DNA of 64,000 nt from Octopus vulgaris (GCA_951406725.2 OX597817.1:25730001-25794000); one strand, 5' to 3'; shown: positions 12,949 through 27,020, counted from the stretch's first letter. Numbers and translations: made by a program. The notes: generated by a model from the sequence alone, not told the origin.

Positions 12949-13460
12949 GCTGAAGATCAAAGCTTATTGACCCGGAACTGCCAAGCCAATGTGATCTAAA
13001 ATGCCGATTCTGCAATGATGTGATTGAAACAATGGATCACCCAATCTCTGGATGTAAATTCTTAGCACCAGTGGAGTTTAAATCAAGACATGACAGAGTT
13101 GGGCCAATATCTACACTGGCTGATATGTTGGTATTATTAGATCAAAACTGCTAATTGGTATACTCACCACCCTGAAGCTGTAACTGAAGTAGAACATATA
13201 ACGATCCTTTGGGACTTACTAGTATACACAGACCAAACCGTCAAAGTTAATAAACCAGATATTGTTGTGAAGGACCAAAACAATAAAGTTTGTTTATTGA
13301 TCGACATGAATATTCCTTGTCATCATAATATCTCGGCAAAAGGGTGGTTCTAAGCACTTGAAAGACTGTCGTAAACATGTGGATATCTAAGATTACAGGT
13401 AGTAGCCCACTATCCACATAAATCTTATCGGGAATAAGACCAAACCTGAACTTCATTTTT
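12949..13460 (+). mobile_element. R4/Dong-clade non-LTR remnant (CCHC + RLE, 3' end) followed by (TAA)n
   Basis: Broken frames: EDQSLLTRN, CRFCND..ETMDH..SGC, RHDRV, ILWD, NKPDIVVKD; ends at a (TAA)n run. Confidence 0.75.
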
Positions 13461-13479
13461 ATAATAATAATAATAATAA

Positions 13480-13692
13480 ACCTTTCGTTTGTAGGCCACG
13501 GCCTGAAATTTTGGGGCAGGGGTGTCAGTCGATCACATCAATCCTAATACTTGACTGGTACTTAATTCATCGATCCCAAAAAGATGAAAGGCAAAGTCGA
13601 CCTCAGAGGAATTTGAACTCAGAATGTAGCAGCAGATAAAATACCGCTAAGCATTTTGCCCGGCATGCTAATGATTCTGTTAGCTCACTACC
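13480..13692 (-). mobile_element. SINE family B
   Basis: Reverse match to the family B core and head. Confidence 0.75.
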
Positions 13693-13720
13693 TTTTTTTA
13701 TAGTAATAATAATAATAATG

Positions 13721-13780
<60 letters not shown>

Positions 13781-13782
<2 letters not shown>

Positions 13783-13880
13783 CATCAGAGCATCACAACA
13801 AATCACAGCACATACCCAAGGCACACAGAGCTGCGCTCGGTAGTGAAGTGAAAGCACGCTATAAAAATAAAACTACTGAA
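13781..13880 (+). mobile_element. Short insert between (TAA)n tracts, probably a 5'-truncated Dong-like 3' end
   Basis: About 100 bp of non-repetitive sequence with (TAA)n on both sides; origin inferred. Confidence 0.45.
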
Positions 13881-14564
13881 TAATGAAAATAATAATAATA
13901 CAAATTAAGATTATTGATGTGATTGTAACTGAAACGGCATTAATAAGAGTGATTTTCCTTTAAAGGGGAACAGTGTACTCAGTGGTTTTATTCAAATGTG
14001 AGGTGAGAATTCTTGAATTTGGCAGACATCAGATTTGAAGATATGGTATAATATACATAATTATAGATTTCAGACATCGGCATAGAGGAATATGATTTTT
14101 TTTATCAGCGTGCATTTGGAGCTTCGATAATCATTCAGTTTTAGTTTCCATAGGGATTTTGACGAAAGCCAAAACAAATAATGGAAATAAATGACCATGT
14201 AATTCGTGTGCTACTGAAGCAGTGGAGAAGTACGTTTTATCAAAGATTTCAGATGATAAATGTGGATTTACACTCTACTCCAACCATGAATAAAAGTGGA
14301 TCGCTGTTATTTATATGAGTTTATATAAGATAATAACTCATTATCATGTTTGAAGTGATAACTTTGAAGACATGAGATTTTGATACTGGAAATCAAACAT
14401 TGATGCTTACATTTATGCTTATTATGTATTGTCTATTACTGAAGATTCCTTGAATTAAAGCACTTCATTCAAATCAAATAGATATACGTGTATCAGTATA
14501 AGTGTGTATACACATGTTTACGAGGGGTACTGAAAATTTTCTGTATGCATGTATGTATGTATGT

Positions 14565-16107
14565 CATTGTTCAGTTTTATTTCAAGTTTTCTTGTCAATA
14601 GAGAAAGAACCGGTTTATAACCTAGATCCAAGGCTCTTTCATTGGAATTTCAACAACAACAACAGGGTATTTTTGTTTGTATGTATGTATGTAGGCAGAT
14701 TTGTATGTTTTGTTTTATGTATGTATTCTCATGCATATACTTGCATATCTAGACATGCTCATATATACTTAAATGACAGAATTCTGGAAAGTTTTTACAG
14801 ATTTTTTTCATTTTTACCGTTCCAGTAATGGATTAGATTTGTAGTCTTCGAATTAGCTTTCTCCTTTCTGATTTTGGGAAGCTTAATTTCTTAGTATTGG
14901 TATTTAGGCAGTGCATTACATATCTCAGTACCCCAATAATTACAGGTACAAACCTGAACTTGTTATCTGGATAGAGTAACTGAAGATTTCTCAATAGTTC
15001 AGCATAGGTATTCTCCTTTTCATTGATCATCAGCTTTATGTTAACATCCAATGGACAGCTGATTTCCACAACTGTATACAGTTTCTCCTCTGTATCCCAA
15101 ATCATTATATCAGGTCTGTAGTGCTTACATTTCATTGAGGTCTTCATAGGGATATTCCACCATACTCCTTTTTATTATGAGTGGCTATGGCTTCTACCAT
15201 ATTGTAAGTTCTTATTTCTTTGTCCTGTGGGTTATTCTTCTGACGGATTTCATTATAGATTGTCCTAGCTACAACATTATGTCTCATTGGTGGGAAGCGC
15301 TCCGTCGGTTACGACGATGAGGGTTCCGGTTGATCCGAATCAACGGAACAGCCTGCTCGTGAAATTAACTTGTAAGTGGCTGAGCACTCCACAGACACGT
15401 GCACCCTTAACGTAGTTCTCTGGAATATTCAGCGTGACACAGAGAGTGACAAGGCCGGCCCCTTGAAATACAGGTACAACAGAAACAGGAAGTAAGAGTG
15501 AGAGAAAGTTGTGGTGAAAGAGTACAGCAGGGATCACCACCATCCCCTGCCGGAGCCTCGTGGAGCTTTTAGGTGTTTCGCTCAATAAACACTCACAACG
15601 CCCGGTCTGGGAATCGAAACCGCGAGTCTCATTGGTAGATAACATCGTGATGACATTTTCAGACAACCGCCTATGATGTGTGTAATATCTTCAGTGTTAA
15701 CTCTACAAAGTCTGCATCGGTTGTCACATTTCACTGCTTTTCCTACATCTCTGTCCATTTTGTGTATCAGGTATTTGGTAAATATTTCCTGTTCTTGAAT
15801 AGCAAAAGCATACCATTCAAAGTAGGTGGTAGTAATCCAGCTGTTGGTCCATGATAGGCTGCTTTGATGATCAATGTTGCTATCATCTCGGAGCTTTCTA
15901 CTAATATATCCATGCATAGACTACTGTTCATAGAGGTTCATCCTTTCATCTGATGATATTTTGCAGTAGAGTCATGCGACTTCTTTGGGTATGTATTCTA
16001 GGTTATCAGACAAGGAATGTTGCTTAAGGAGCTACCTTCCAAATTTTATGATGTTATCAATCTCTTGTATGCAAACTTGGTCAAGGGATGCACTTCGACA
16101 TTTGAAA
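14565..16107 (-). mobile_element. 5'-truncated R4-clade (RLE) non-LTR retrotransposon, interrupted by a SINE
   Basis: MHG..., FAIQEQEI.TKY, CRLCRVNTEDITHIIGGC (CCHC knuckle), RPDIMIWD...VEISCP (PD-(D/E)xK endonuclease); both ends abut (TATG)n. Confidence 0.9.
15292..15625 (-). mobile_element. SINE family C inserted in the R4 element
   Basis: 11-bp TSD gtctcattggt (15281-15291, 15626-15636); head matches the 28318 copy (GGTTTCGATTCCCAGACCGGGCG). Confidence 0.9.
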
Positions 16108-16151
16108 TGTATTATGTATGTATGTATGAAAGTATGTACATATGTATGTAT

Positions 16152-16354
16152 AAAATACAAAATTGGATAAGAACACAAAACATCCATATATTCGATACAA
16201 AGAAAACAAGGACGGGTCATTCGAAGTTTTCTATCTTCAGTCAAGAACCAGATTATCCTCGCAATTTCGGCTGATTATTCTTGAGATTGCTCCAATCTGT
16301 TCCCTTTTTGTATCACCTAGTTGTCCAGATGTTTTGTGTTCTTGTCCCATTTTG

Positions 16355-16360
<6 letters not shown>
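16152..16360. repeat. Small inverted-repeat element between microsatellites
   Basis: aaaatacaaaattggataagaacacaaaacatc ... gatgttttgtgttcttgtcccattttgaatttt; imperfect inverted arms. Confidence 0.7.
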
Positions 16361-16407
<47 letters not shown>

Positions 16408-16414
16408 TATATAT

Positions 16415-16627
16415 TATTGAGCGAAAACACCTAAAGCTACACGAGGCTCCGGCAGGGGATGGTGGCGATCCCTGCTGTACTCTTTCGCCACAACTTCATC
16501 TCACTCTTTCTTCTGTTGACCTGCTCGCTTAGTCAGCGGGGTATCAATTAAAGGCTAAAACAATGCGAAACGCATTGTGACCAGCGATGTGTAGCAACAT
16601 CTGATAGCCTGGTCGGTCACGGTCACG

Positions 16628-16631
<4 letters not shown>
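16415..16631 (+). mobile_element. SINE family C, 5'-truncated, alternative tail
   Basis: Shares ttattgagcgaaaacacctaaagct..ccggcagggg with the other family C copies; different 3' half ending in (TA)n. Confidence 0.75.
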
Positions 16632-16670
<39 letters not shown>

Positions 16671-16703
16671 CGGCATACGTATAATTTGTTCTCTTATATG
16701 TAA

Positions 16704-16810
<107 letters not shown>

Positions 16811-16848
16811 TGTGTGTGTGCATAAATATATATATATATATATATATA

Positions 16849-18476
16849 CAGTTGCGGCCAAAATGTTCAGAACGGCATTGTTTTCGTCAGAAAAGTAGGT
16901 ATAAGTTTTTATCACAGTAGTTTTATATTCTATAATTTTCACAGACGATAAATACAATATTAATTGTTATTGTCTGAGATTATGGTGTAATTTAAGTGGA
17001 TAATACAAAAGTTATGGATGATTTACTGATTTACTGCAAAACCCATGGCGGCCAAAATGATCAGAACGGTTGAAAAAATAACAAAATAATCAAAAAGTGA
17101 CAGAGAATGCTGGAATTATTTCATATTTAGTGTGAAGCCCTTTAGCTTCAATCACACTCTGACATCTTCGACTTCATGAGGAAATTAAATTTTCAATTTC
17201 TTGCTGGGTGATCTCATTCCATTCTTCCTGAAGGGCATTCGATAATTGCTCGGTTGTTTTAGGATTTCTGGCTTTCGAACGTTCTCCTAGAATATTCCAC
17301 ACATTTTCAATAGGATTGAGATCTGGGCTTTGAGCAGGCCAATCCATAACAAAAACATTTTCAGCCTCGAGGAAGTTCATGACCACCTTTGCCTTGTGAC
17401 ATGGGGCATTGTCCTGCATGAATATGGGTGGTCGCTTAGTTGAATTTCTCAGCACAGGCAAGACATGATCTTTTACAAGTTGTTTATAAACTCCTGCAAT
17501 TACTTTTTCATGTAATCGCACCAAAGGGCCCACACCATCTCCAGATATCATCTCCCAAACCATGACACTTCCTCCACCGAATTTAACACTAGTCTTAAGG
17601 CATTTAGGCGACAATTCTTTACCTACTTTTCGACGAACGTACCTTTTCCCATCTGAGCCAAATAACATAAACTTAGATTCACCCTGAAATGCACCGTTTG
17701 CAATTTTTCTTGAGACCACAACACATGTTCGGTTGCAAAGGTAAGACGACACTTTTTATTCTTGGAGCTGATAAGTGGCTTCACTGCAGGTGCTCTTGCT
17801 TGTAGGTCATGTTCAACTGAACGACGAGACACAGTTTTTCGAGATAAAGTTTTCTTCAATACAATGTTCATTTTCCGAGAAACAGCAGCAGCAGTTTTAA
17901 ATCTGTCCTTTTTAACCAACTTTACCATAGCACGTTCTTCTCTCTTGGTCGTTTTTCTTGGCCTACCTGTAAACTTTCTTGCTTCACACGAACCACAATC
18001 ATCGTAGACGTTAAGAATACCGTGTACAACACTTTTTGACTTGTTAACAATCTTTGCAATAGATCCAAAACTTAAATTATCCTTCCTTCGAAGCTTAATA
18101 ATCTGCTGACGAATTGGTAACGGAGTATGTGGCATTATATTAACAAAGTACACTGCAAATATTCTTATTAATGTTTAGTAAACGAACCGTCACCTAAACA
18201 AATTCAAAACATTAGAGTTCGCCAGTTAAATATTCTAAAACACGGAGTAAAAGCAACCGTTCTGATCATTTTGGCCGCCATGGGTTTTGCAGTAAATCAT
18301 TAAATCATCCGTAACTTTTGTATTATCCTCTCAAATTACACCAAAATCTCAGGCAATAGCAAATAATATCGTATTTATTGTCTGTGAAAATTATAGAATA
18401 TAAAACAACTTTGATAAAAAATTATATCTACTTTTCTGACGAAAACAATGCCGTTCTGAACATTTTGGCCGCAACT

Positions 18477-18477
<1 letters not shown>
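16849..18477 (-). mobile_element. Full-length Tc1-family DNA transposon (IR/DR type)
   Basis: About 220-bp TIRs starting CAGTTGCGGCCAAAATG with an inner direct repeat (17049-17069, 18257-18278); TA flanks within (TA)n. Confidence 0.97.
17120..18135 (-). pseudogene. Tc1 DD34E transposase, frameshifted
   Basis: Paired-like HTH N-terminus, GRPRKTT, KFGGGSVMVW, FMQDNAPCH...SPDLNPIENVW (34 residues between D and E); 1-bp frameshift at the first catalytic D (about 17680) and premature stop at 17174. Confidence 0.95.
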
Positions 18478-18515
<38 letters not shown>

Positions 18516-19054
18516 CGCATATATAAACACATACAAATACATACATAAATATATGTGTATAATGTTTATACACACAATGTGGTTGCATGATAACTGCTGC
18601 AAAAATTATGTATCCGATATAACATTTTATAAAAATTATTTGCATATCATTCTTTATTTATTTATTCTAACCTCAGTCGCATCTTAATTATGTGGTTTTG
18701 ATTGTCACGATTTGAATGTACAATAAATTTATTGCACTGTCTTCCTTTCTGTATCAATTACCCTTTATTCTCTTCAGTCTTCATTTCACTTATTTGATTT
18801 ACATCGTTTTCCACGGAAGACTCTTATGTTGCTTCTGACTATATTACATTCACATATGTTTCGAATTTTCGGAATTGCCTATCTACATAATTAAAGTACA
18901 ATTAGTTTCTGACGAACCATTTAGGAAGATAAAAATATCTTCATTTATTATTACTTATTTGGGGGAGGTAGAATATGTGGTAATATCTTTAACATACATG
19001 CATACATACATACATACGTATATACATACATACATACATACATACATACATACA

Positions 19055-19084
<30 letters not shown>

Positions 19085-19085
<1 letters not shown>

Positions 19086-20766
19086 CAGTGCAACTCATAA
19101 TTTCTTTGTAGACGACCTGAAAATTTATACTAAAACTGTTAACAATGCCAAAAAGCAACTGGTACTAATAACATTTTCAGCTGATATAAGCATAGAATTT
19201 GGCCAAAAGAAATGTTCATATTTGGTTATAGAATGTGGAAAGTCAGTACCCTAAACCCAAAACCTTTGTATCAACGGTCTCTCTATATTCTCCCATTCTA
19301 CACAAAGAATGTTACAAGTACCTTGGCATAGATGTAAATGTATCATATAAAGGCACTGTGAATAAATATAGAGTGACCCAAGAATATTACACCAGACTTA
19401 GGAAAATATGGCAGTCGGAACTCTCCTCTTACAGCAAAACAATATACCATAATGCATTTGCAGTACCAGTGCTGATCCTCAACATTTGGGATACTTGATT
19501 TGTTTGTAGAGGAAATCCACTCTATAAATATCAAAACCTGCAAAATCCTGACAACTTGGAACTTCCACAGAAACAGTGATGTTGACAGGCTCTGCCTAAA
19601 AAGAAATGAAGGTGGCAGAGGCCTGAGATCAGTGCAGATGGCCTTCGAATGCTGTACGGTATCACCCAGGCAGCACCTGCTAAACAACAGCAGCAAAAAT
19701 AGATATATAAATGCAGTGCTGAAAAGTGAAGTGAGCAGCATTATACGAGCTGACAGTGAGTTCCTCAAGAAGCACTCGCTTCTTGATGATCTATAGAATC
19801 CCCAAAACAGCTGGGCTCGCTTACCTCAGAGAAGACCTGGATGGAAAGCACTTGGCATACAAAAAAAAAGAAAAGACTGTGCATGGGTATGTTGCCCGGA
19901 AGCTTGAAGAAGACAGTAGAATTGACATAAAGTGCAGCCTTCTTGGACACAAGACCAACTACATAGCATCACAATTTGAAGGCTATGTGTTTGCAATCCA
20001 GAAACAGGAAATTTCCCCAAAGTACCTGGTGAACAAGAGAGACAGTAATACTCTTGTAAAACAAAGGTGCAATCACATGCGTAGGCTATGTCATGTTTCT
20101 GTGGAAGGCATCACACATGTGATTAGCAGCTGTCCTAAAATTTCCTCATAGTACTACCTCACTATGAGGCATGATGTTTTTGCTAAAACAATTTACAATA
20201 CCATCCACTGAAAAAAAACTGTCCTGAAATATACTTAGAAAATCCTTCTGTTATGGAATACATTCATTAACACCAACTCAAGGAATATTGGTGGAATATC
20301 CACATAAAATATTCTGTGAAATGTAAATATAACAGGCCAGATATTGTTGTTTGGGACAGAGTGGCAAAGTTATGTACCATCATAGAGGTCAGCTGCTCTG
20401 CAGATATAAATATCTTCTTGAAAATCAAAGGAAAAGAGGATATCTATGGACCACTGCTTTGCAACCTCCAGCTTCTATATCCAGACTATCAATTCATATT
20501 CATACCAATAAATGATTGGAGCACTAGGTTTTGTTAGTAAATGCGTAAAGGAGAATCTGGATTAACTGGGATTTTCAGAAAGTGGTATCAACCGGCTAAT
20601 TTGTACATTACAAGTGCAATCTGTGAGTGGAATAGTAAAAATATGCATGACTTTTCTCGAGTTCCAAATGTGAATTTGTCCGTGTTAACTACATCCTAAA
20701 GATGGAGCCTTTGTTGGAAACTGGCCCCCTCTTCAATGGAAGATTTATAATGATTAAAGCAATAGA
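19085..20766 (+). mobile_element. 5'-truncated R4-clade (RLE) non-LTR retrotransposon
   Basis: FVDDLKIY (RT), YKYLG, RLCLKRNEGGRGL, VHG, FAIQKQEI, CCHC-like RLCHVSVEGITHVISSC, RPDIVVWD..IEVSC; starts directly after (TACA)n. Confidence 0.9.
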
Positions 20767-20810
20767 AGATATATACATACATGCATACACACACGGTGAT
20801 GTGCATTGTA

Positions 20811-21551
20811 AGTGAGACATGATATTTTAGCTAGGACACTATATAATGAAATCTGTCAGAAGGATAACCCTGAGAACAAAGAAATAAGAAACCACAGTAT
20901 AGTAGAAGCCATAGCCACTCATAATAAAAAATAGTACTGGTGAAATGTCTCAGTGAAGACCTCAGTAGAATGTAAGCACAACAGACCTGATATAATGATT
21001 TAGGACAAAGAAGAGAAGCTGTGCACAGCTGTGGAAATTAGCTGCCCAGCGGATGTTAACATAAAGCTGAAGATCAATGAAAAGGAGAATATCTACACTG
21101 AACTATTGAGAAATCTGCAGTTACTCTATCCAGATTATAAGTTCAAGTTTATACTTGTAATTATTGGGGAACTGGGATATTTAACACACTGCCTAAATAC
21201 CATACTTGAGAAATTAAGCTTCTCAAAAGTAGAAGAAAGAAATCTGTTTCGAAGACTACAGATCCAAGCTATCACTGGCACTGTAAAAATCTGTAAAACT
21301 TTCCAGAAGCTTATTATTTAAGTATATAAGAGCATATCTAGATATGCAAGTATATATATTAAAATACATGCATAGAACAAAACATACAAATCTGCACATA
21401 TACATACATGCATGCATACATACATACATACATACATACATATACACTACCCTGCTGTTGACGTTGAAATTCAAATGAAGGACCTTTGATCTAGGTTACA
21501 AACCGGCTCTTTCTCTATTGGCAAGAAATCTTGAAATGAAACTAGATAATA
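20811..21551 (+). mobile_element. 3' fragment of an R4-clade element (same subfamily as 14565-16107)
   Basis: RHDI..RPDI..EISCPADVNIKLKINEKEN; 3' UTR matches 14565-14830 reversed; ends in (TACA)n. Confidence 0.9.
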
Positions 21552-22530
21552 ACATACATACATAAATACATCTGCAGGCATGCACATATGCATTTAGTAC
21601 ATTTGGTAATAAAAAGTGTATTCTGACATGGCAAACATGCTGGATAAAATGGGAATGTCTGAAAGAGCAGTGACACTGTATAAATCTGTTTTGCTCCATC
21701 ATGACCCTTGCAATGCATACCACCATGGAAAAACGGATGTGAAAAGGATGAAGAAGATAACGTGACAGCATGATGCTGATGATGATAGTTGTGGTTGCAG
21801 AGAGGATATATATATTATATTTAGGTTGAAATTACAATGACTGTCTATTACAGAGATTATCGATTTTAAACAATGTAGTAAATGAAAGCAAAAAAAATGT
21901 GTTTATATTTATATACGTAACGATTATAAAAATGCACCATGTACTTTAACACTACGATAGGTTTTGATATAGCTGGATAACTCTTCCATTTGTCGTTTTG
22001 ATAGATAATGACAAAAGTAGTGACCTTTAATCTACATCAAGTGAAGAAAAATTTTCATTTTTTCAAAGTGTGGTAAAATGCTACACGACCATGTGTTTTT
22101 CGTCAAGGTGTATTTCTAAGTATTTTAACAAATATTTTGATTTGTGATTGCAAAAGGATTCATAATATATTTACATTAAGAGGCAAAGTTTACAATGATC
22201 GTTTACCATGTTATAAATTCTAGAATATTATATTATACTCTAAACAGTTTATAGCCCTCGCTACTTTTCTTATTCATAGATCATAATGCGTTTTAATAAA
22301 GTTGTTTCCCGAGAGCATTCCAGATTTTTGAAATGGTGATGCTTTAAATTTATTTACCGGTAACCCACTATAATCTCTGGAAGATAAATTATCAACTGCA
22401 CTTTTGTACTATAAACTGCTGATTTCAAGAGACGTAATTTATTTCATCGATAATTTATGTAGTTAAAAGTTATATGAGTGGGAGCTATTAGAAGTAGAAA
22501 GCAATTTAAAGAATTTAATATTTATGATAA

Positions 22531-22860
22531 GGCGGCGAGCTGGCAGAAACGTTAGCACGCCGGGCGAAATTCGGAGCCGTATTTCGTCTGCCGTTACGTT
22601 CTGAGTTCAAATTCCGCCGAGGTCGACTTTGCCTTTCATCCTTTCGGGATCGATAAATTAAGTACCAGTTACGCACTGGGGTCGATATAATCGCTTTAAT
22701 CCGTATGTTTGTCCTTGTTTGTCCTGTCTGTATTTAGCCCCTTGTGGGCAATAAAGAAATAGATATTTCATCTGCCACTACGTTCTGAGTTCAAATTCCA
22801 TTGAGGTCGACTTTGCCTCCCTCCCCAAAACTTTTAGGCCTTGTGCCTAGATTAGAAAAG
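22531..22860 (+). mobile_element. SINE family B plus a partial internal duplicate
   Basis: Full copy 22531-22762, followed by a repeat of its middle section. Confidence 0.85.
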
Positions 22861-24564
22861 AATATTGACGCTTACTATTTCAGTAAGAAAATTCTGTGTA
22901 CATTTGAAGCTAAATTTAACCTTTCATTTTAGAATTTTATATTTATGATTCTTCAGAAAATGCTTATTTATTTAGTAAATGCTTAACAATGGGGCACCTT
23001 CACTGAAATTGATTGAGACATCTACTAATTGATTTTATGCTCTCTACTGGTAATTGTCAGAAGATTGATATCATTAATTTGATTTTATATTTACACCCAC
23101 TTCGTTTTAATCCTTCGTTGATATAAGAAGCTACTTTATTGAAAGAATATCTGTAAAGTACACCAAAGTATACAGAATATCTATAAAGCACACCGAAACT
23201 TTTCATTAAATTAAGAAAAACATACAGTTGATTCAAAGCTGTATCTACATATTGTGCCTTATCATGTAACTATTTATTTGTTTTTGAACTAAGGTTTTAC
23301 CAAGAAAATTATCTAAATGAGCATTTTCATATATACGTCTGTAATCGTCCACAGAGATGCTCTCTAAAGAAATCTTAATGAATTTACGTAATCTGTGTAA
23401 TAATTAGTCCATCTGCTCGATTTAAACCCACGCTACATCATTTAACTTACTATTTGAAAAAAAAGGAAGATTGTCTAAAGGGAATAGCCTGTAATCCCTA
23501 TATAGACCTCCCTCTAATTTAGAAAACTAAGACTCCATTTGGAATAGAATATATAACAAATATTAGAATATTATTTAGCAGTATTGCATTTATAGAAGTG
23601 TAGTAACTCAATATATCTAATATATCGAGTTGTTTGAATTTAGATTTTGTTCATTCTTTAAGTTTTGAGACCACGTAACATATACAAGGAATTCAGATAG
23701 AGTCCCTAAATCATAAATAAGAATCTACAATAACATTCAACAATCCACTCACCAATGCACAGTTAATGTCCACATAACTTTATAAATATGGTAAATCCGA
23801 CTTTCTAGCCAAGTGTTGGGTATGTCCAAAGACAAAACTCAGGGGAGACGTTCAAATTTTGATATATATCTCTTCATTCTGTCCAGCGTATTGTTTTATA
23901 TTAGATAACATTTGCATGACATAAAGCAGTTTATATACTTTACAACTCTAACACACACACACACATTACATATACATGTTGTGGGAGCAGCAAATTCTAA
24001 ACCAAGTTCGAGCTACTAAATGCCACTCACAATGTATTGGTTAAGCTGAAACTATACTAAAGCACATTTGTCCAAGGTGGACGCATTGGGATCAAACACA
24101 GCCTAAAGTAGTTGTGAAAGTGGCCTTTTAATCCTACACCATGTGATGCTTGTATTTACACCAACAGATGCGTTAGAGAATGAGTCAAAATCATTTGCAT
24201 GGTCATCTTTTGTAACAAAGAAACTGTGTCTAACATATTCAATCTACTGTAATGTAATATTTTTTGGCAAACATACTAAGTGCTGAGCTTTGTGAACCAT
24301 TAAATAATATAATCACAGCCTATAAAAAAGTTGGCATGTCTTCATTTCTCAAATATTTCAACTGATTTATGGTAAAAAAATGACAGTTTTAAAGGCTTAC
24401 TGCTGTATGCTCAAACCATATGTGCTAATATAAAATATGATAGTGATGTAAAATATAGCACCTTAGGAGGGAAATTGCTAAAGGTAAGCAAAATGTATTT
24501 TTAGATCAAGAATGATATTACTAAATAAAATATATGTAAAGAATAGTATAAAAATGTCCACTAT

Positions 24565-24782
24565 CAATTTTGGTTTCAAGTTTTGGCACGAAGCCAGTAA
24601 TTTTGGGGAGACAGTCAGTCGATTACATCGACCCCGGAGCTCAGCTGGGACTTATTTTATTGATCCCCGAAAGGATGAAAGGCAAAGTCAACTTTGGTGG
24701 AATTCCAACTCAGAGCATAAAGACAGATGAAATGCTACTAAACATTTTACCTGGTGTGCAAACGGTTCTGCCAGCTTGGCAC
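24565..24782 (-). mobile_element. SINE family B (diverged)
   Basis: Core cgaaaggatgaaaggcaaagtca and reverse head. Confidence 0.7.
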
Positions 24783-24935
24783 CATAATAATGATAACTAT
24801 CAGGTACAAATATTGTTAAATTGGATCTAGTGGTAGAGTTAATTTTCAGAATTCACTTCAGAATTTACCACTGATTCCCTGAGTTTTAGGTACTTTGAAT
24901 AAGAAGCTGTTTCCATCTGAGCATAAATTGCATTA

Positions 24936-25360
24936 GGATCTTTTTGGTTTGAACGGCAGTTTTTAACATAATTTCTAGGTAACTAAAAAATTTTAAACTT
25001 CGTATACTGGTAGAATGTGTTTATAAAACATCTTTTTCTCTTGGCTTTATAGAGAAAATTTTATAGTTTGTAAGATATTTGTTGTTTTTTTCTTCAATTT
25101 CTGCAATTTCCATCAATCACTGACGTCTATTAAGGTAAAAAACATTCTGTGCCGTATGAATATGTCCCTCGTTTAAGAAACAGATTGGGTTTATTTACAT
25201 TTGTGAAGAAAAAAAGATACTCTTCCCCCCACCCCCAACCCTAACTCTAACCCTACCCTAAAACATTGAAATGCAATAGATCGATACTAGGGTCATAATT
25301 ATGGGTGACAATTTCATATGACACCGCTAGAAAAAACTGCCGTTCAAACCGAAAAGATCC
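24936..25360 (+). mobile_element. MITE, Merlin-like, copy 4
   Basis: Same TIRs; 9-bp TSD attgcatta / attgtatta. Confidence 0.85.
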
Positions 25361-25680
25361 ATTGTATTATATTGAGACTAGTTTGTATTAGGATCTTCCA
25401 TTTAATATAAAAAAAGCAGTGTCGTATTCTTATGAGTGCTAGACAGAGCTTCACAAAGCTGTTGTGCTTTATTTGTAGCATGCATGAAGGATGAAATGTG
25501 ATTATAACACCGTTATGTGAATTTTCCCTCTGTCATTCCCATCTAATATAATAAATGTGAAAACTAATTTCTGTATGTCAGTGTCACACTTTGACTCCCT
25601 CTTTCACTATTCAATGATACTTCTAGTGTTGATGATGTTTTATTAAAAGTAGTAGTGTTGATGGTGGTAGTGGGAGTAAT

Positions 25681-25731
<51 letters not shown>

Positions 25732-25808
25732 ATAGGTGTGTGAGAGAAAGAGGGACTGAACACTCACTTCATTTTCTTAGTACCACCACCATCTCCACCA
25801 CATCAATA

Positions 25809-26041
25809 CCTATTTCTTTACTACCCACAAGGGGCTAAACACAGAGAGGACAAACAAGGACAGACAAACGGATTAAGTCGATTATATCGACCCCAGTGCG
25901 TAACTGGTACTTATTTAATCGACCCCAAAAGGATGAAAGGCAAAGTCGACCTTGGTGGAATTTGAACTCAAAACATAGCGGCAGACGAAATACCTCTAAG
26001 CATTTCGCCCGGTGTGCTAACGTTTCTGCCAGCTTGCTGCC
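25809..26041 (-). mobile_element. SINE family B
   Basis: Reverse complement of the 22531 copy. Confidence 0.85.
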
Positions 26042-26837
26042 TTCCCCACCCCACCACATCAATACCTTTGACTTTGCCGCCTTCCCCTCCACCATCATCA
26101 CCACTGTCTTTCACATCACTTACTCTCACCGTCATCCTTGACCGCCTTGGCTACCACCAACACCACCATCATCACCACCACCTCCACCTCTAACACAACT
26201 ACAGCTCATACTATTCCTATCACCCCATCACCATCACAAAAAGGTTGAATGGTGTGTATATGGTAGATGTGGGAGCGATGCTGATGATACTGTTGTTTAT
26301 CACGCAGCTTTGCAATAAGTTCCAAATCGACAAATTATATCATTGTCTTGATGAAAATTGCTCATTGCTTGAAAAATATTATTCAAGTTGTTCAAGTTTA
26401 ATAAAATTTAATATGTCCTCAAAGCACGAAATGTCATTGTTGGGCCCAAGACCTAATGAAGAATGCTCCACAGGAGCTAGCTTAAAAACCACAGGATAAG
26501 GCAACTTTTAAGCTAATATAGTATGTGTGCTCTAAAATTCTACTGAGTTTCAAAGACTTGACATCTGCTTCATAAGCTATTGTTTTGGATTACGAAATGT
26601 TTCCCAATACTAGTTTTAAAGTCATTAAAAACAAGAGGTATTAATTATATGATGCTGTAGTTTTTTTAGTATTTTTTGTAGGCACAGGAGTGGCTGTGTG
26701 GTAAGTAGCTTGCTTACCAACTACATGGTTCCGGGTTCAGTCCCACTGCGTGACACCTTGGACAAGTGTCTTCTACTATAGCCTCGAGCCAACCAAAGCC
26801 TTGTGAGTGGATTTGGTGGGTAGAAACTGAAAGAAGC

Positions 26838-26889
<52 letters not shown>

Positions 26890-26977
26890 TATTAGAGACA
26901 AAACCACTATTTTGCAAAACAAACAAGGAAAGACTTAATCAATACATAAAATTTTAATAAATAGTCAAAAAAAACCG

Positions 26978-27020
26978 CCACTACAATCGTTTCTTGTCTT
27001 GATCGACAATCTTCAGGTGG
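26978..27020 (-). ncRNA. Minimal type-I hammerhead ribozyme (Penelope-type)
   Basis: Minus strand: CCAC CUGAAGA UUGUC gaucaa GACAA GAAAC gauu GUA GUGG; intact core, stem I 4 bp, stem II 5 bp, short near-palindromic stem III. Confidence 0.85.

Noticed and set aside
16205-16250. Minus-strand CTGAAGA...GAAT in the small inverted-repeat element
   Set aside because: GAAA core and a convincing stem II are absent.
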